The notes under the pieces are model-generated. The model made no database searches, was not told where the DNA came from, and saw nothing but the letters and a program-made list of their open reading frames with translations. This document shows positions 1 to 11,600 of a stretch of 26,340 nucleotides of DNA, piece after piece. The translations under genes were made by a program, and so were the position numbers. Each line of letters opens with the position of its first letter. The first letter of the stretch is position 1. Source of the DNA: Tubiluchus corallicola (taxonomy: Eukaryota > Animalia > Priapulida); assembly GCA_030141605.1 (NCBI GenBank), contig JAQGDQ010001763.1, positions 1 to 26,340 on the forward strand. The letters run 5' to 3'.

Positions 1-362
<362 letters not shown>

Positions 363-414
363 TGTAGAACAGAAGGGGACGTTTTTTGAACAAATTATTT
401 TATGAAATTCTCAC

Positions 415-558
415 CAGACTGTTGTTGTTGCTCATTTGCTTCTGACGCTCTTGGACAGAAACGAGTTGTTGATGATACCACTCCCTAGCTTTCTCCAACA
501 TGTCCAGACCTTGTATTAATATCATCTTCTCTCGTCCCAGTTGTTTCATGCGTTTTAT
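415..558 (-). CDS. SAPCD2: Internal coding exon of a Suppressor APC domain-containing protein (SAPCD1/2-like)
   Basis: Minus-strand acceptor ttatttttgcag| and donor |gtgaga bracket a 144-nt phase 0/0 exon encoding IKRMKQLGREKMILIQGLDMLEKAREWYHQQLVSVQERQKQMSNNNSL. This closely resembles the recalled Suppressor_APC coiled coil of SAPCD2 (LKxMKxLEQEKxxLLQGLEMMxRxRDWYQQQLxxVQERQ). No other exons were found in the window. Orthology to SAPCD2 versus SAPCD1 is not established. Confidence 0.85.
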
Positions 559-877
559 CTGCAAAAATAAAACCATCGTCAACATCATTAAAAGAAAGAC
601 AGGATGATTTTTCTATACTTATGGTAAAAAGTATACATTGTTACGCAATAGTACTGGAAATGTCTTTGCTTGTGCAAGTAGTTCCGGCACGAATCGTTGC
701 GCGCTGTTAGAACCTTGGCACTACCTACACATCCTGATTGAAACAAATCACTTAGCAACATAGTTAGTAACTCTATCCGTCGCCATTGTCGCTGTCGCCA
801 CTTCTACCATCGTCGTCTTCATTTGATCATGTGATTTTCTGACACATCTGTTAGCCAGAACTACCGATTACTTCTGA

Positions 878-1388
878 TTAGGGGTGATCGTTCTTCGCCA
901 CAAAGCTCGGAATTCAAATCAAACTTCAGTATTTCAGTAATTCGAATTCGATTTTGACCATTTTCGAATAAATTTTCCAATCACGAATAAAAAGCAGTCA
1001 CACAAAGATCTTGCATGTTGCTGGATTTTGTTCTGCAGTAAAAACACTAAACACTTCAGCATTGATCCTTAGAAATAAATCCACTTGGGGCATTGCAGCG
1101 TGTAGGGAGTCCTGGCATAGGGAGGTGAGCAGAATCATGTCCCTGGACGTGTGATTCGATGATGATGATGATGATGAAAAACATTAATAATTTGTTTAAA
1201 AATTGTACACAGAAATTGCCGCTAGATGGTGCTGATTTCTTGATGTTTCAAACGTTTTAACGATAAAGAACGTACGTAGTCGAAGTGCTGAATTATTCGA
1301 ATTTAAAATTTTAGATTCGAATGAAAATGGAATTAAAAAACAGGCTCGAATCGAACTCGTGTGTTCGATGCTAGTTTCTACATTCTAG
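878..1388. mobile_element. Possible degraded hAT-type non-autonomous element (MITE)
   Basis: TAGGGGTG at the left end, a weak CATTCTA at the right end, and clusters of subterminal TTCGAAT/TCGAA motifs at about 940-970 and 1297-1357. The terminal match is poor and no TSD was confirmed. Confidence 0.3.
1219..1234 (+). promoter_or_regulatory. CTCF-like motif
   Basis: CCGCTAGATGGTGCTG matches the CTCF core consensus CC(A/G)(C/G)(C/T)AG(A/G)(G/T)GG(C/T)(A/G). Confidence 0.45.
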
Positions 1389-1400
1389 TTTTTAGAGTTA

Positions 1401-1451
1401 CCGGAAGTGAAGTCAGTGTTTACACAGACGCATCAAAACAACACTGTAAGT
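1401..1451 (+). promoter_or_regulatory. Putative promoter/non-coding first exon of the BTB gene (ETS motif plus splice donor)
   Basis: ETS motif CCGGAAGTG at 1401-1409 and a consensus donor |GTAAGT at 1446. A candidate acceptor (ttcatctcgtgtctgtag|, AG at 4787-4788) lies 66 nt before the BTB ATG. The link between them is inferred. Confidence 0.4.
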
Positions 1452-1789
1452 CGCTAGGACATCTAAATATTGACAAACCAGTGGGATCCAATCTAACGAA
1501 TCCAAGCGTGTGTTATGATGACCTCATTAGCCAAGACGGCGAACCAAGAATAATGACTTCAGCTTCATTAACGTTTAACAAGGCAGTTTGTTGTTTTCTT
1601 TGTGATTTAATTGTGTTATTATGAACCTTAATTATTATAAATAATTACTAAAATGTTTTATAAGTAAGTTTGTGGTACTTGTATTAAGGACATAATTATA
1701 ATCGACCGTGTTGTATATGTACAGAGCAGAATTATTGGCCTGCAAATAGAGGCCTTGCATTGTATATATGTATGTATATATTCTGCAAA

Positions 1790-2012
1790 TATCATCATCA
1801 TCATCATCATCGTCGTCGTCGTCATCATCATCATCATCTCATCATCATCGTCATCGTCATCGTCATCATCCTCTCATCATCATCGTCACCATCATCATCA
1901 TCATCGTCACCATCATCATCATCATCATCATCATCATCACCACCACCACCACCACCACCACCACCATAATCATCATCATCACCACCACCACCATAATCAT
2001 CATAATCATCAT
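1790..2012. repeat. (CAT/CGT/CAC)n compound microsatellite
   Basis: Directly visible; produces the poly-H/S/I ORFs in the track. Confidence 0.96.
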
Positions 2013-2219
2013 TTGTGATTTATTTCTAATGGCGTGTCACCATTTTAATTAAAATTTTGATTACTTAATTCGTAAATTAATTTTATAGCGTAATTTAAGT
2101 CCAAATCGCCAGTGGAAACCTCCCACGGTCAATTAAAACTGTAAATTATTACAAAATGTGATCTAAATTATCGGTAACTAATTTATTAATTAATTTCAGT
2201 TTAGCCATTTAATTATCAT

Positions 2220-2460
2220 CGGGAGGTATAGTTCACTGATAGTGTACTCGCTTCCCATCCGGGGGAACGTGGGTTCAATTCCTAAACGAGTCATACTAAA
2301 GACTAAAAAAATTGTATCGTTTGCTCTTCAGCCAAGCACGTGGGCTTATCAAAGTAGCAGGCCGTTAATAAAAACCCGGGACACCTTGGAGTTATTTAAG
2401 GAGTTATCCCTGGACGGACCCCTGAACAATAAGATGTTCTAAAGGAAACTATTATTATAA
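2220..2460 (+). mobile_element. tRNA-derived SINE, MetaSINE-like
   Basis: tRNA-like head with A-box-like TAGTTCACTGATAG and B-box GGTTCAATTCC (about 2272-2282). It is followed by GAGTCATACTAAAGACTAAAAAAATTGTA..., which resembles the recalled Meta-domain core (GTCATACCAAAGACT-AAAAATGG). AT-rich tail. Confidence 0.65.
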
Positions 2461-2736
2461 AAACATAAAACTTGTAGGCCTACGCCATACAATTTCTTTT
2501 ATTAGGCCTACTTGGTACACGTTCGTTCATGGGCCTACTTCGCTTTGTTTTGTTATCTCATTTAAGAGTTCTAGAAATCTTTCGATGATTTGTCGATTTG
2601 TTATCGTCGAATTTCTATTTATCTTGTATTTATTAACAACAGATGGCGATGAAAATAGTTTTGTACACGTGAATTAACATGTTTATTCTTGAATACATAA
2701 CCCTTATATAGAAAAATCAGTTTCCGAAGCTCAAGC

Positions 2737-3081
2737 TTAACCCTTTCATACCCGTTGTATCCCGTGGGATACGAGAATATTTTCTGGCATTAAAATTAAT
2801 AAAATTTTAAAACTGACAGTTATTTGATCTGTTAATAGTTATTTTGATTTAAGCCAATAGCAAAAGACTAAAATTGGTGATAAAATGGCAAACTAGAAAA
2901 TCTACATGGCACAAAAAACTGCGCAAGGTACAGTACCCCAGAGACGACTTTGTACAGATCAGCATAGCATGCATACTAAATGTCTTAAATACTTTAAAAA
3001 ATTATCAACAGTTGGAAAATGAAGCACATTTTATGCATCCATTGAATCCCAATGTATCCCTTGGGGTCGTTAAAGGTTTAT
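2737..3081. mobile_element. piggyBac-like MITE relic
   Basis: Left end TTAA|CCCTTTCATACCC and right end GGGGTCGTTAAAGGT|TTAT: imperfect CCCTTT/AAAGG termini with a TTAA-like TSD. A TGTATCCC(G/T)TGGG motif lies near both ends. Confidence 0.45.
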
Positions 3082-3241
3082 AGTGAAATGGGATTTTTTC
3101 TTAAAGAATTTTTTCTTGTTTTGTGTCTACGATTTTGTAATGTAAAGCTTTTTATATGACTAAATGAATGAAAATTTATCTGATTGGCCTCCTGAGTTAT
3201 TTAAACTCTCAACATTTTGTACAAAAAATACATTTGAATTC

Positions 3242-3355
3242 ATAAGACACATTATTTACAAAGTTACTATGTATTTATAAGATACATTATTTACAAAGGT
3301 ATTATGTATTTATAAGATACATTATTTACAAAGGTATTATGTATTTATAAGATAC
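3242..3355. repeat. 35-bp tandem repeat, about 3 copies
   Basis: Unit ATAAGATACATTATTTACAAAGGTATTATGTATTT. Confidence 0.9.
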
Positions 3356-3457
3356 TTTTTTACTCTAAACCCGCTATTATTTATAACGAAATTTTTCATA
3401 AACTCAGATCAGGTCATCCATCCGATGGCATTCTCTTCAAATTGTTGATTAACTACA

Positions 3458-3943
3458 TGTAGCTGTGCTGACGTTATTTGTGGATTTCCTGGCTTTTCGT
3501 AAGTGCATCGTGGCGTTCTGTAGCTGTGCTGACGTAACTGGTGGATTTCCTGGCTTTTCGTAAGTGCATCGTGGCGTTCTGTAGCTGTGCTGACGTAACT
3601 GGTGGACTTCCTGGCTTTTCGTAAGTGCATCGTGACGTTCTGTAGCTGTGCTGACGTAACAGGTGGACTACCTGGCTTTTCGTAAGTGCACCGTGACGTT
3701 CTGTAGCTGTGCTGACGTAACTGGTGGACTTCCTGGCTTTTCGTAAGTGCACCGTGACGTTCTGTAACTGTGCTGACGTAACTGGTGGACTTCCTGGCTT
3801 TTCGTAAGTGCATCGTGACGTTCTGTAGCTGTGCTGACGTAACTGGTGGACTTCCTGGCTTTTCGTAAGTGCACCGTGACGTTCTGTAACTGTGCTGACG
3901 TAACTGGTGGACTTCCTGGCTTTTCGTAAGTGCATCGTGACGT
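3458..3943. repeat. 61-bp minisatellite, about 8 copies
   Basis: Unit GTAGCTGTGCTGACGTAACTGGTGGACTTCCTGGCTTTTCGTAAGTGCATCGTGACGTTCT recurring every 61 nt (3460, 3521, 3582...). Confidence 0.96.
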
Positions 3944-4295
3944 TAAAGTAATTCAAACTTATGATGCTTACTTAATGTTCATGTATCATATCATGAATTT
4001 AACTATCTAGTTTTTTTTTTGCAAAAAAGGTTTTTATACTTTGATGGAAATCGGCTGTTTTTTTCAGTCGGTGAACAACGTCATTGGTGGAAGTGTGGGC
4101 GTTCAACACGGGCTGCCATGGGTGAAATGCTCGCGGCTTTGAAGTGATTTTACTGATTACACGAAGCGTTATCACACCTTTATTACTAAATCCTTCTAAC
4201 ATTTTTCCCTAACATTGAAATAAATTATCCCGAACATTCCCTACAGTTAGAAGGCAGCACTTAGAATTTGTATTTGTGTGCGAATAAAAGGCTTA

Positions 4296-4588
<293 letters not shown>

Positions 4589-4854
4589 TTGGACAAAGTG
4601 AAGAGTTATTTTTCTTATCGGTGTCATAATTTTATAACCCAAGGGTACAAAGGTCACAGTTAGTTGTTTGTACAAGGCGAGGCAGCGTGGATGTATAAAA
4701 TTATGACTGTATGTTTACCTTTAATGATTGTAGAGCAAAAAACTGATAAAAAGGACAAAGTGCAAATTATTTCATCTCGTGTCTGTAGTTACACCAGCCA
4801 TTTATACAAGTTCTCGATCAGCAGAGAGGTCAGAAAATTCTAGTAGCAAAAGAA

Positions 4855-6147
4855 ATGGCAACTTCATTAGACGAGCCGCAAACTCCAGCTGAAAGGGTTG
4901 ATGCGATGGGCGACTGGAACGAGAGACACGATTATGTTTTTGGTAACGAAGATTTCCAGGAATTATGTGATGCAACTTTTTCAGTTGGTGAAATCATCAT
5001 CAACGCTAGTCGGTACGTACTTGCACTCAGAAGTGACGTTTTTAAGAGGATGCTGTTTGGGCCGCTGTGTCATAAACTTGGTGATGTCATACCAATAACC
5101 GACGTTGAACCTGACGTGTTCCTGCTGCTTTTGAGATTCATTTATACTGACAAAGCTGAATTAACTGGTGATAATGTTCTTCAAGTACTTTACACAGCTA
5201 GAAAATACAACATTCGTGAACTTGAAAAAATGGCTGCTGATTTCCTTAAATCTGAAATCACAATTGACAACGTCTGTACCATTCTGACAGCTGCTTGTTT
5301 CTATGAAAAGCGAGATGTAGAGATGAACTGTCTGGAGGTCATTAGTATCGAGACGGAAGCAGTTATAAAGTCCGACAGTTTTACTTCCTTGAGCTACGAC
5401 AACTTATTGAGGATTGTCAAACTTGATAAACTGACAATTAGTGAAGAGGGGAAACTATTTGATGCAGTTTTAAGATGGGCTGATGATGAATGCAAGCGAA
5501 AGAACCTAGAGCAAAATGTGTTCAACAAGAGAACAGTCTTATGTGACATCTTGTTTCAAATGAGATTTCCCACAATGGACCCAGAGTTATTCATCAAAGG
5601 ACCGGTAGCAACTGGAATATTAAATGACAAGGAGCAACTGAATGTTTTTATCAATTATCATCAAGAAGAGACATCAGAATCAATATTTCCAAAAACGCAG
5701 AGAAACTACGCAGAAGTTGTGTCAGTCATGTATGCTGTACCTGTTGAGAAAATTAATAGATTAGGAATAGGATGTGGACTTCCTTATATAGAAAAGACTG
5801 CAATCAATGGTGATGCTGATAAGCTTGTCATTTATCTTTGCAGATGTAATGATGAAAACTGCTCCAATGCTGGAGATAACCGTGGTAAAGGCTGTTGCTT
5901 GCATTTAGTAGTTGGTCCCTCGTGTCGTCCTACTGTCGCTACTTTCAATACCTTGTGTAAGAACAGTTACATTGAAGTGATTAACAATCATCCACAAAGG
6001 TCACTCAAAACTGTTCTAAATGAAGATAAAAAGGGACTGCACTGGGATGCAATAAATATTGCACAGTTTAGAACCGTCATGGACCCTGCTTCCGGGTTTA
6101 TTCATGATGGAAAATTTCGCATAGAAGTTGTGACGCTGCTTAGATAA
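4855..6147 (+). CDS. BTB/POZ-BACK domain protein (BTBD1/2/3/6-like N-terminal half) with a divergent C-terminal MATH-like domain; 430 aa, intronless CDS
   Basis: BTB motifs (CDATFSVG, ASRYVLALRSDVFKRMLFG, IPITDVEPDVFLLLLRFIYTD, VLYTARKYNI). BACK motifs (ITIDNVCTIL, LTISEEGKLFDAVLRWA, LFQMRFPTM). The C-terminus WDAINIAQFRTVMDPASGFIHDGKFRIEV resembles a MATH-domain end. AATAAA at 6215-6220. Confidence 0.92.
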   Translation: MATSLDEPQTPAERVDAMGDWNERHDYVFGNEDFQELCDATFSVGEIIINASRYVLALRSDVFKRMLFGPLCHKLGDVIPITDVEPDVFLLLLRFIYTDKAELTGDNVLQVLYTARKYNIRELEKMAADFLKSEITIDNVCTILTAACFYEKRDVEMNCLEVISIETEAVIKSDSFTSLSYDNLLRIVKLDKLTISEEGKLFDAVLRWADDECKRKNLEQNVFNKRTVLCDILFQMRFPTMDPELFIKGPVATGILNDKEQLNVFINYHQEETSESIFPKTQRNYAEVVSVMYAVPVEKINRLGIGCGLPYIEKTAINGDADKLVIYLCRCNDENCSNAGDNRGKGCCLHLVVGPSCRPTVATFNTLCKNSYIEVINNHPQRSLKTVLNEDKKGLHWDAINIAQFRTVMDPASGFIHDGKFRIEVVTLLR

Positions 6148-6424
6148 TGAATTGAAAGGAACATCATTTCTTGAAACTGATGCTTTCACGATTACGATTG
6201 ATTGTTTATAGACCAATAAATATTTACACCCCGTATGTTGCCGCCCATTTTGAAGAAGTAAGTCGGTTTGTCATGATTGATTGTGATCAGCATAACAATG
6301 TCACGTACAAGCTGTATCGTATGATTTGGCATTCGTAAATCTCCTTGTTCTTCAACATTTTTTCATTCAAGATTTTGGTCAACTTATAGCCAACAAAGAG
6401 GAAATACCAAAACTTATCGACTTG

Positions 6425-7247
6425 TTTTTTAGGCCTAGGTACATCGTATAGTATACAATAATTGTGTTTTTTAGGCCTAGGTCATCGTATAGTATACAAT
6501 AATTGTGCTTTTTTAGGCCTACGTACATCGTATAGTATACAATAATTGTGCTTTTTTAGGCCTAGGTACATCGTATAGTATACAATAATTGTGTTGTTTG
6601 TTAGGCCTAAGTACATCGTATAGTATACACTAATTGTGCTTTTTTAGGCCTAGGTACATCGTATAGTATACAATAATTGTGTTTTTAGGCCTAGATACAT
6701 CGTATAGTATACAATAATTGTTGTTTTTAGGCCTACGTACACCGTATAGTATACAATAATTGTGCTTGTTTAGGCCTAGGTACATCGTATAGTATACAAT
6801 AATTGGGTTGTTTTTTAGGCCTAGGTACATCGTATAGTATACAATAATTGTGCTTTTTTAGGCCTAGGTACATCGTATAGTATACAATAATTGTGTTGTT
6901 TTTTAGGCCTGTGTACATCGTATAGTATACAATAATTGTGCTTTTTTAGGCCTAGGTACATCGTACAGTATACAGTAATTGTGCTTTTTTTAGGCCTAGG
7001 TACTTTGTATAGTATACAATAATTGTGTTGTTTTTAGGCCTATGTTCATCGTATAGTGTACAATAATTGTGCTTTTTTAGGCCTAGGTAGATCGTATAGT
7101 ATACAATAGTTGTTGTTTTTTAGGCCTACGTACATCATATAGTATACAATAATTGTGGGTTTTTTTAGGCCTAGGTACATCGTATAGTATACAATAATTG
7201 TGTTGTTTTTTAGGCCTAGGTACATCGTATAGTATACAATAATTGTA
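6425..7247. repeat. About 44-47-bp palindrome-rich minisatellite, about 18 copies
   Basis: Unit TTTTTAGGCCTAGGTACATCGTATAGTATACAATAATTGTG(C/TTG), with a T-tract of variable length. Confidence 0.96.
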
Positions 7248-7924
7248 TTTTTCTTTCATCATTGAAGATAGAGGAGATTACAGAGGGCACTGTTGTTGAT
7301 GTTGAAAAGTCACCTGTAGCCTTTTTTGCATCTACAACCTCCCATGTTTTTTTTATAATCACTAGCTGCGTCATTTATGCCATTAATAATAACGTCATCT
7401 GCAAGCTTATGGTTTTTTTGGGTTAAAGTTAACGAGTCTTTTATTAAATAATTAAATGATAATTTTTTTGGCCCACCTGTATAATGACTTTACGATTACC
7501 ATCATCATTTGAATAATTATTTCACTTGTTTCTGATATTATTGTGTTACAGATACATTTTTTGTTAAATTTGTATTTTTGTATACCTGTGTTTTTCTTCA
7601 TTGGTGAATATACTTCGATATTATTCTGATATTTACTCATTATAGTACGTACAATTCGTTTATTATTAGGCCTATGTTTGCTTCAAATTACCATCAATCA
7701 CGTTAATAAACTATTATTATATTTGAACAAAATCAGCGTGTTGCAATAGTTTCTTCACGACAGGCAACTATATAATATATAATTTATTTATTAAAATGCA
7801 AACAAGAGCTGGACCACTACTGAAAAAAGAAAGATCTTAAATCTTCATTAGCGATAAATAGAGCTCAAGAATTCAGTTTCTATACACGGAAAACATGTTA
7901 AAAAATTGTCACATAACTCAGACT

Positions 7925-8545
7925 ATTAGAAAATGAAATGTAGTGTCTCTAACTAGCACTAGATGGCGAAAGTGACCATGTAGAACCAAATCTGAAAAGG
8001 TAAACAAAATACGCGAAACGGAAAAAACTGTGCAATTTATGAGAGTAGAGTACAGTAAAAACTACTAAATATGAAAGTGTCTCTAACTAGCACTAGATGG
8101 CGAAAGTGACGATGTAGAAAATACAAACGGAAAAAAACTATTAGAAAAGAACTGTGTTGTGTCTACTGTACTCTACTCCCATAACTTGCACAATCAGAAA
8201 ATGAAATGTAGTGTCTCTAACTAGCACTAGATGGCGAAAGTGACCATGTAGAAAAGGGAAACGGAAAAAAGTATTAAAAAAGAACTGTGTTGTGTCTGCT
8301 GTACTCTACTCCCATAACTTGCACAATTAGAAAATGAAATGTAGTGTCTCTAACTAGCACTAGATGGCGAAAGTGACCATGTAGAAAAGGGAAACGGAAA
8401 AAAGTATTAAAAAAGAACTGTGTTGTGTCTGCTGTACTCTACTCCCATAACTTGCACAATTAGAAAATGAAATGTAGTGTCTCTAACTAGCACTAGATGG
8501 CGAAAGTGACCATGAAGAACCAAATCAGAAAAGGTAAACAAAAGG
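7925..8545. repeat. 133/134-bp tandem repeat, about 4.6 units with 5 CTCF-like cores and one internally inverted segment
   Basis: GTGTCTCTAACTAGCACTAGATGGCGAAAGTGAC recurs, with cores at 7956, 8090, 8224, 8357 and 8490. Segment 8029-8057 is the reverse complement (27/29) of 8164-8192. Confidence 0.9.
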
Positions 8546-8859
8546 TCTTTAGTTAGCACTAGAGTGAAAGAATTATTACCACACAAACACAATTTAGCGT
8601 TCGCGCCACTATTTCTGTCCTGTTACATGCATTTCATCATTCGCTAACTGGACGGGCACTAGCGCCTGTATTTCAGAAACGCATTGCACGAAAACAATTG
8701 CTGTACCTCTCAGTTCAGATGTGTTAGTTTGTGACGAACTACACACGTTCGTCAGGTAATGCATGAGCAGAGCAGTAAATTTGAAATTCCATAAAATTTA
8801 ATAAAATATTTAACCTACTATTTATTTATCTGAAACGCTTTTGCAGAATTAATTGTATT

Positions 8860-9200
<341 letters not shown>

Positions 9201-9309
9201 AATAAACCAACTTCCAAAAAGGCTTAACCGTTCCTTTAAACATTTTTTTACTAAAAGAATATTTACTATGATACATAAACTAAAGTCAGAAACGTTTTTC
9301 CTCCCATTT

Positions 9310-9580
9310 CATTTATTATTATTATTATTATTATGTATTATTATTATATATTATTGTTATGCAGTTATTATTATATACGTTATTAGTTATTATCATCAGT
9401 CTCATCATCATCATCATCATCATGCCATCATCAATCATCATCATCATCATCAATCATCATACATCATTATCATCCATCGATTCTATCATCAAATCATCAA
9501 TCAGTGCATCATGGCATTCATCAATTCAGTCATCATCATCATACATCATCATTCATCAGTCATCATCATCATCATCATCG
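9310..9580. repeat. Degenerate (TTA)n/(TCA)n low-complexity tract (likely within or near the 3' UTR of the BAF-like gene)
   Basis: Directly visible. Confidence 0.8.
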
Positions 9581-9619
9581 ATGCAATATCTATTGGTTCT
9601 GTAGCAGCTGGGGGCGGAT

Positions 9620-9766
9620 CTAGAGCAGACATTGGCACCATCCGGCTAGAGCATTAGTACATTCTTGCGCCCTGTAATTGGTTGCGCCCGTGGTGGTTCT
9701 TAGCCACTTTTTGAATGTTGTCTGATTCTTGTGAACTTTAAGAAACTTCGATAAGACGTCGGAAGC
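9620..9766 (-). CDS. BANF1: BAF-like gene, coding exon 3 (last)
   Basis: Acceptor ctttttcag|, then ASDVLSKFLKVHKNQTTFKKWLRTTTGATNYRAQECTNALAGWCQCLL-TAG. This aligns without gaps to the recalled BAF C-terminal half [48 protein letters not shown]. A divergent family member; orthology not established. Confidence 0.9.
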   Translation of the reverse strand, partial: ASDVLSKFLKVHKNQTTFKKWLRTTTGATNYRAQECTNALAGWCQCLL

Positions 9767-9849
9767 CTGAAAAAGCGACATCTGGTGAGAATTCTTTGAA
9801 TGAATTAAGCAAAAAACTCTTACCAAATTTCTCACATTAAACACACGTA

Positions 9850-10000
9850 TTACTCGGTCCGAATCGATCGACTGCCGATCAGATACCGATCAAGCCGATC
9901 AGCGGCCAAAATCCGTTTCTTGCAGACTTTGGTCCCGAGGTGAGTGGGGTTCGAACTCAGAGCCCTTGGGTTGACAACCGTGTGCCTAAACGAACCCGAA
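9850..10000 (-). mobile_element. Possible tRNA-derived SINE fragment in BAF-like intron 2
   Basis: B-box-like GAGTTCGAACCCC (complement of 9946-9958) preceded by tRNA-like spacing, in a GC-richer island. No clear A-box or tail. Confidence 0.3.
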
Positions 10001-10237
10001 GTATTCGAGTTTTCAGTATTTCCAAAGATTATTCCTAACAAAACTGTGGTTTACTAGATAGTAAACTCGACTTGATCAATCGGAAAAATTGTGATTCGGC
10101 AAACATTCGGCCGTGCTAAACAAAAGGGACCGATAAGAGGACTAAGTCTAATTTTTTGTGTGGGCGCAGAAAAGGGCAGGGAAAGAATCTAGCCAACTTC
10201 AGCAGCGGGGGGGGGGGTGCACACTTGCTGTCTTTAC

Positions 10238-10337
10238 CTTATAATATCCGGCTTGTATTAATCTGGAACCGTAAACTCGTCCAATTCCTGGGAGATGATA
10301 GACACTTTTATTAGCCATTGACTCGCTGAGGAAATAC
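10238..10337 (-). CDS. BANF1: BAF-like gene, coding exon 2
   Basis: Acceptor gatatttcag|, donor |gtaaag, 100 nt (phase 2 to phase 0), encoding (R)YFLSESMANKSVYHLPGIGRVYGSRLIQAGYYK. Matches BAF [34 protein letters not shown], including the helix-hairpin-helix GIG. Confidence 0.9.
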
Positions 10338-10441
10338 CTGAAATATCAATAATGACATTTAGAAACTTATCAGTGTGTTTATTCGTTCGTTCGTTCTTCC
10401 CTCGTTAACTCGCTCGTTCTTTCTTTCACTCTTTCGTTAAC

Positions 10442-10946
<505 letters not shown>

Positions 10947-11289
10947 GCTCTGTTTGCTCAGTTGTGAGACAGCTATCTACGAACATTTTGTCAAAAACTT
11001 TATCATTCCACAAGGGGCTGTGGGTGGGACGGTGGGAGGGGGCGGATACAATGTAGAAGTAGGGAAGACGAAGAGAAGACGAGTAAACGACGTTCTTAAC
11101 TTTTACCATTTTAGACGTGACTTAAGCAAATGACGAACAGACGGTCTAAGCAGGTGGAGCCATCTGTCGACCAGAAAGGGAACAACGTTAATAACGAACT
11201 CAGCGGATTGACAAGATCGGTGCTTTTGCAACCTCCCCTTGGAGGTTACACACAGACAGTCAAATTACAACGCGTAGTAATTTCATAAT

Positions 11290-11600
11290 TTTTGGCATTA
11301 CTGCATAGTGGAAAACCTAAAGACGCCTCCTACTCGAGGAGATGTCACTTAAGGACACCTCCTATTACAGGAGATGTCTGAGGTGTGACGGAGTCCACCT
11401 CAATGTCTTGGACATATCTGTAAAATGAGCCACTGGACCAACGGAGATGTCTGAACCAACGTGCGGATGTGAATATCTCCTTCCTCGGCGAACCAAACAG
11501 CTGCGATTCGCGAATGATAGAGCACAGATCGAGTATCGAACCCACGACATATGCACGAAACGCAGGCGCCTTAGCCTCGTCACTACACTTAGAAACTGGG
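11290..11600 (-). mobile_element. tRNA-derived SINE-like element with a hairpin-rich body, in BAF-like intron 1
   Basis: The minus strand reads TGTAGTGACGAGGCTAAGGCGCCTGCG...GGGTTCGATACTC (A-box-like, plus B-box at the complement of 11531-11543). It is followed by several inverted repeats at 11322-11415. Confidence 0.5.

Noticed and set aside
2220-2290. Functional tRNA genes here, at about 9945-9995 or at about 11525-11595
   Set aside because: No complete cloverleaf or acceptor stem; better explained as SINE heads.
3409-3956. Repetitive ORFs over minisatellites (also 13972-14976, 15839-16820, 18538-19248)
   Set aside because: The same peptide appears in several frames, as expected when repeat units shift frame; these are stop-poor repeats rather than genes.
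9620-9844. Track ORF 9620-9844 as a stand-alone 74-aa gene
   Set aside because: Its first 26 residues are intron; the real exon begins at the acceptor at 9766.
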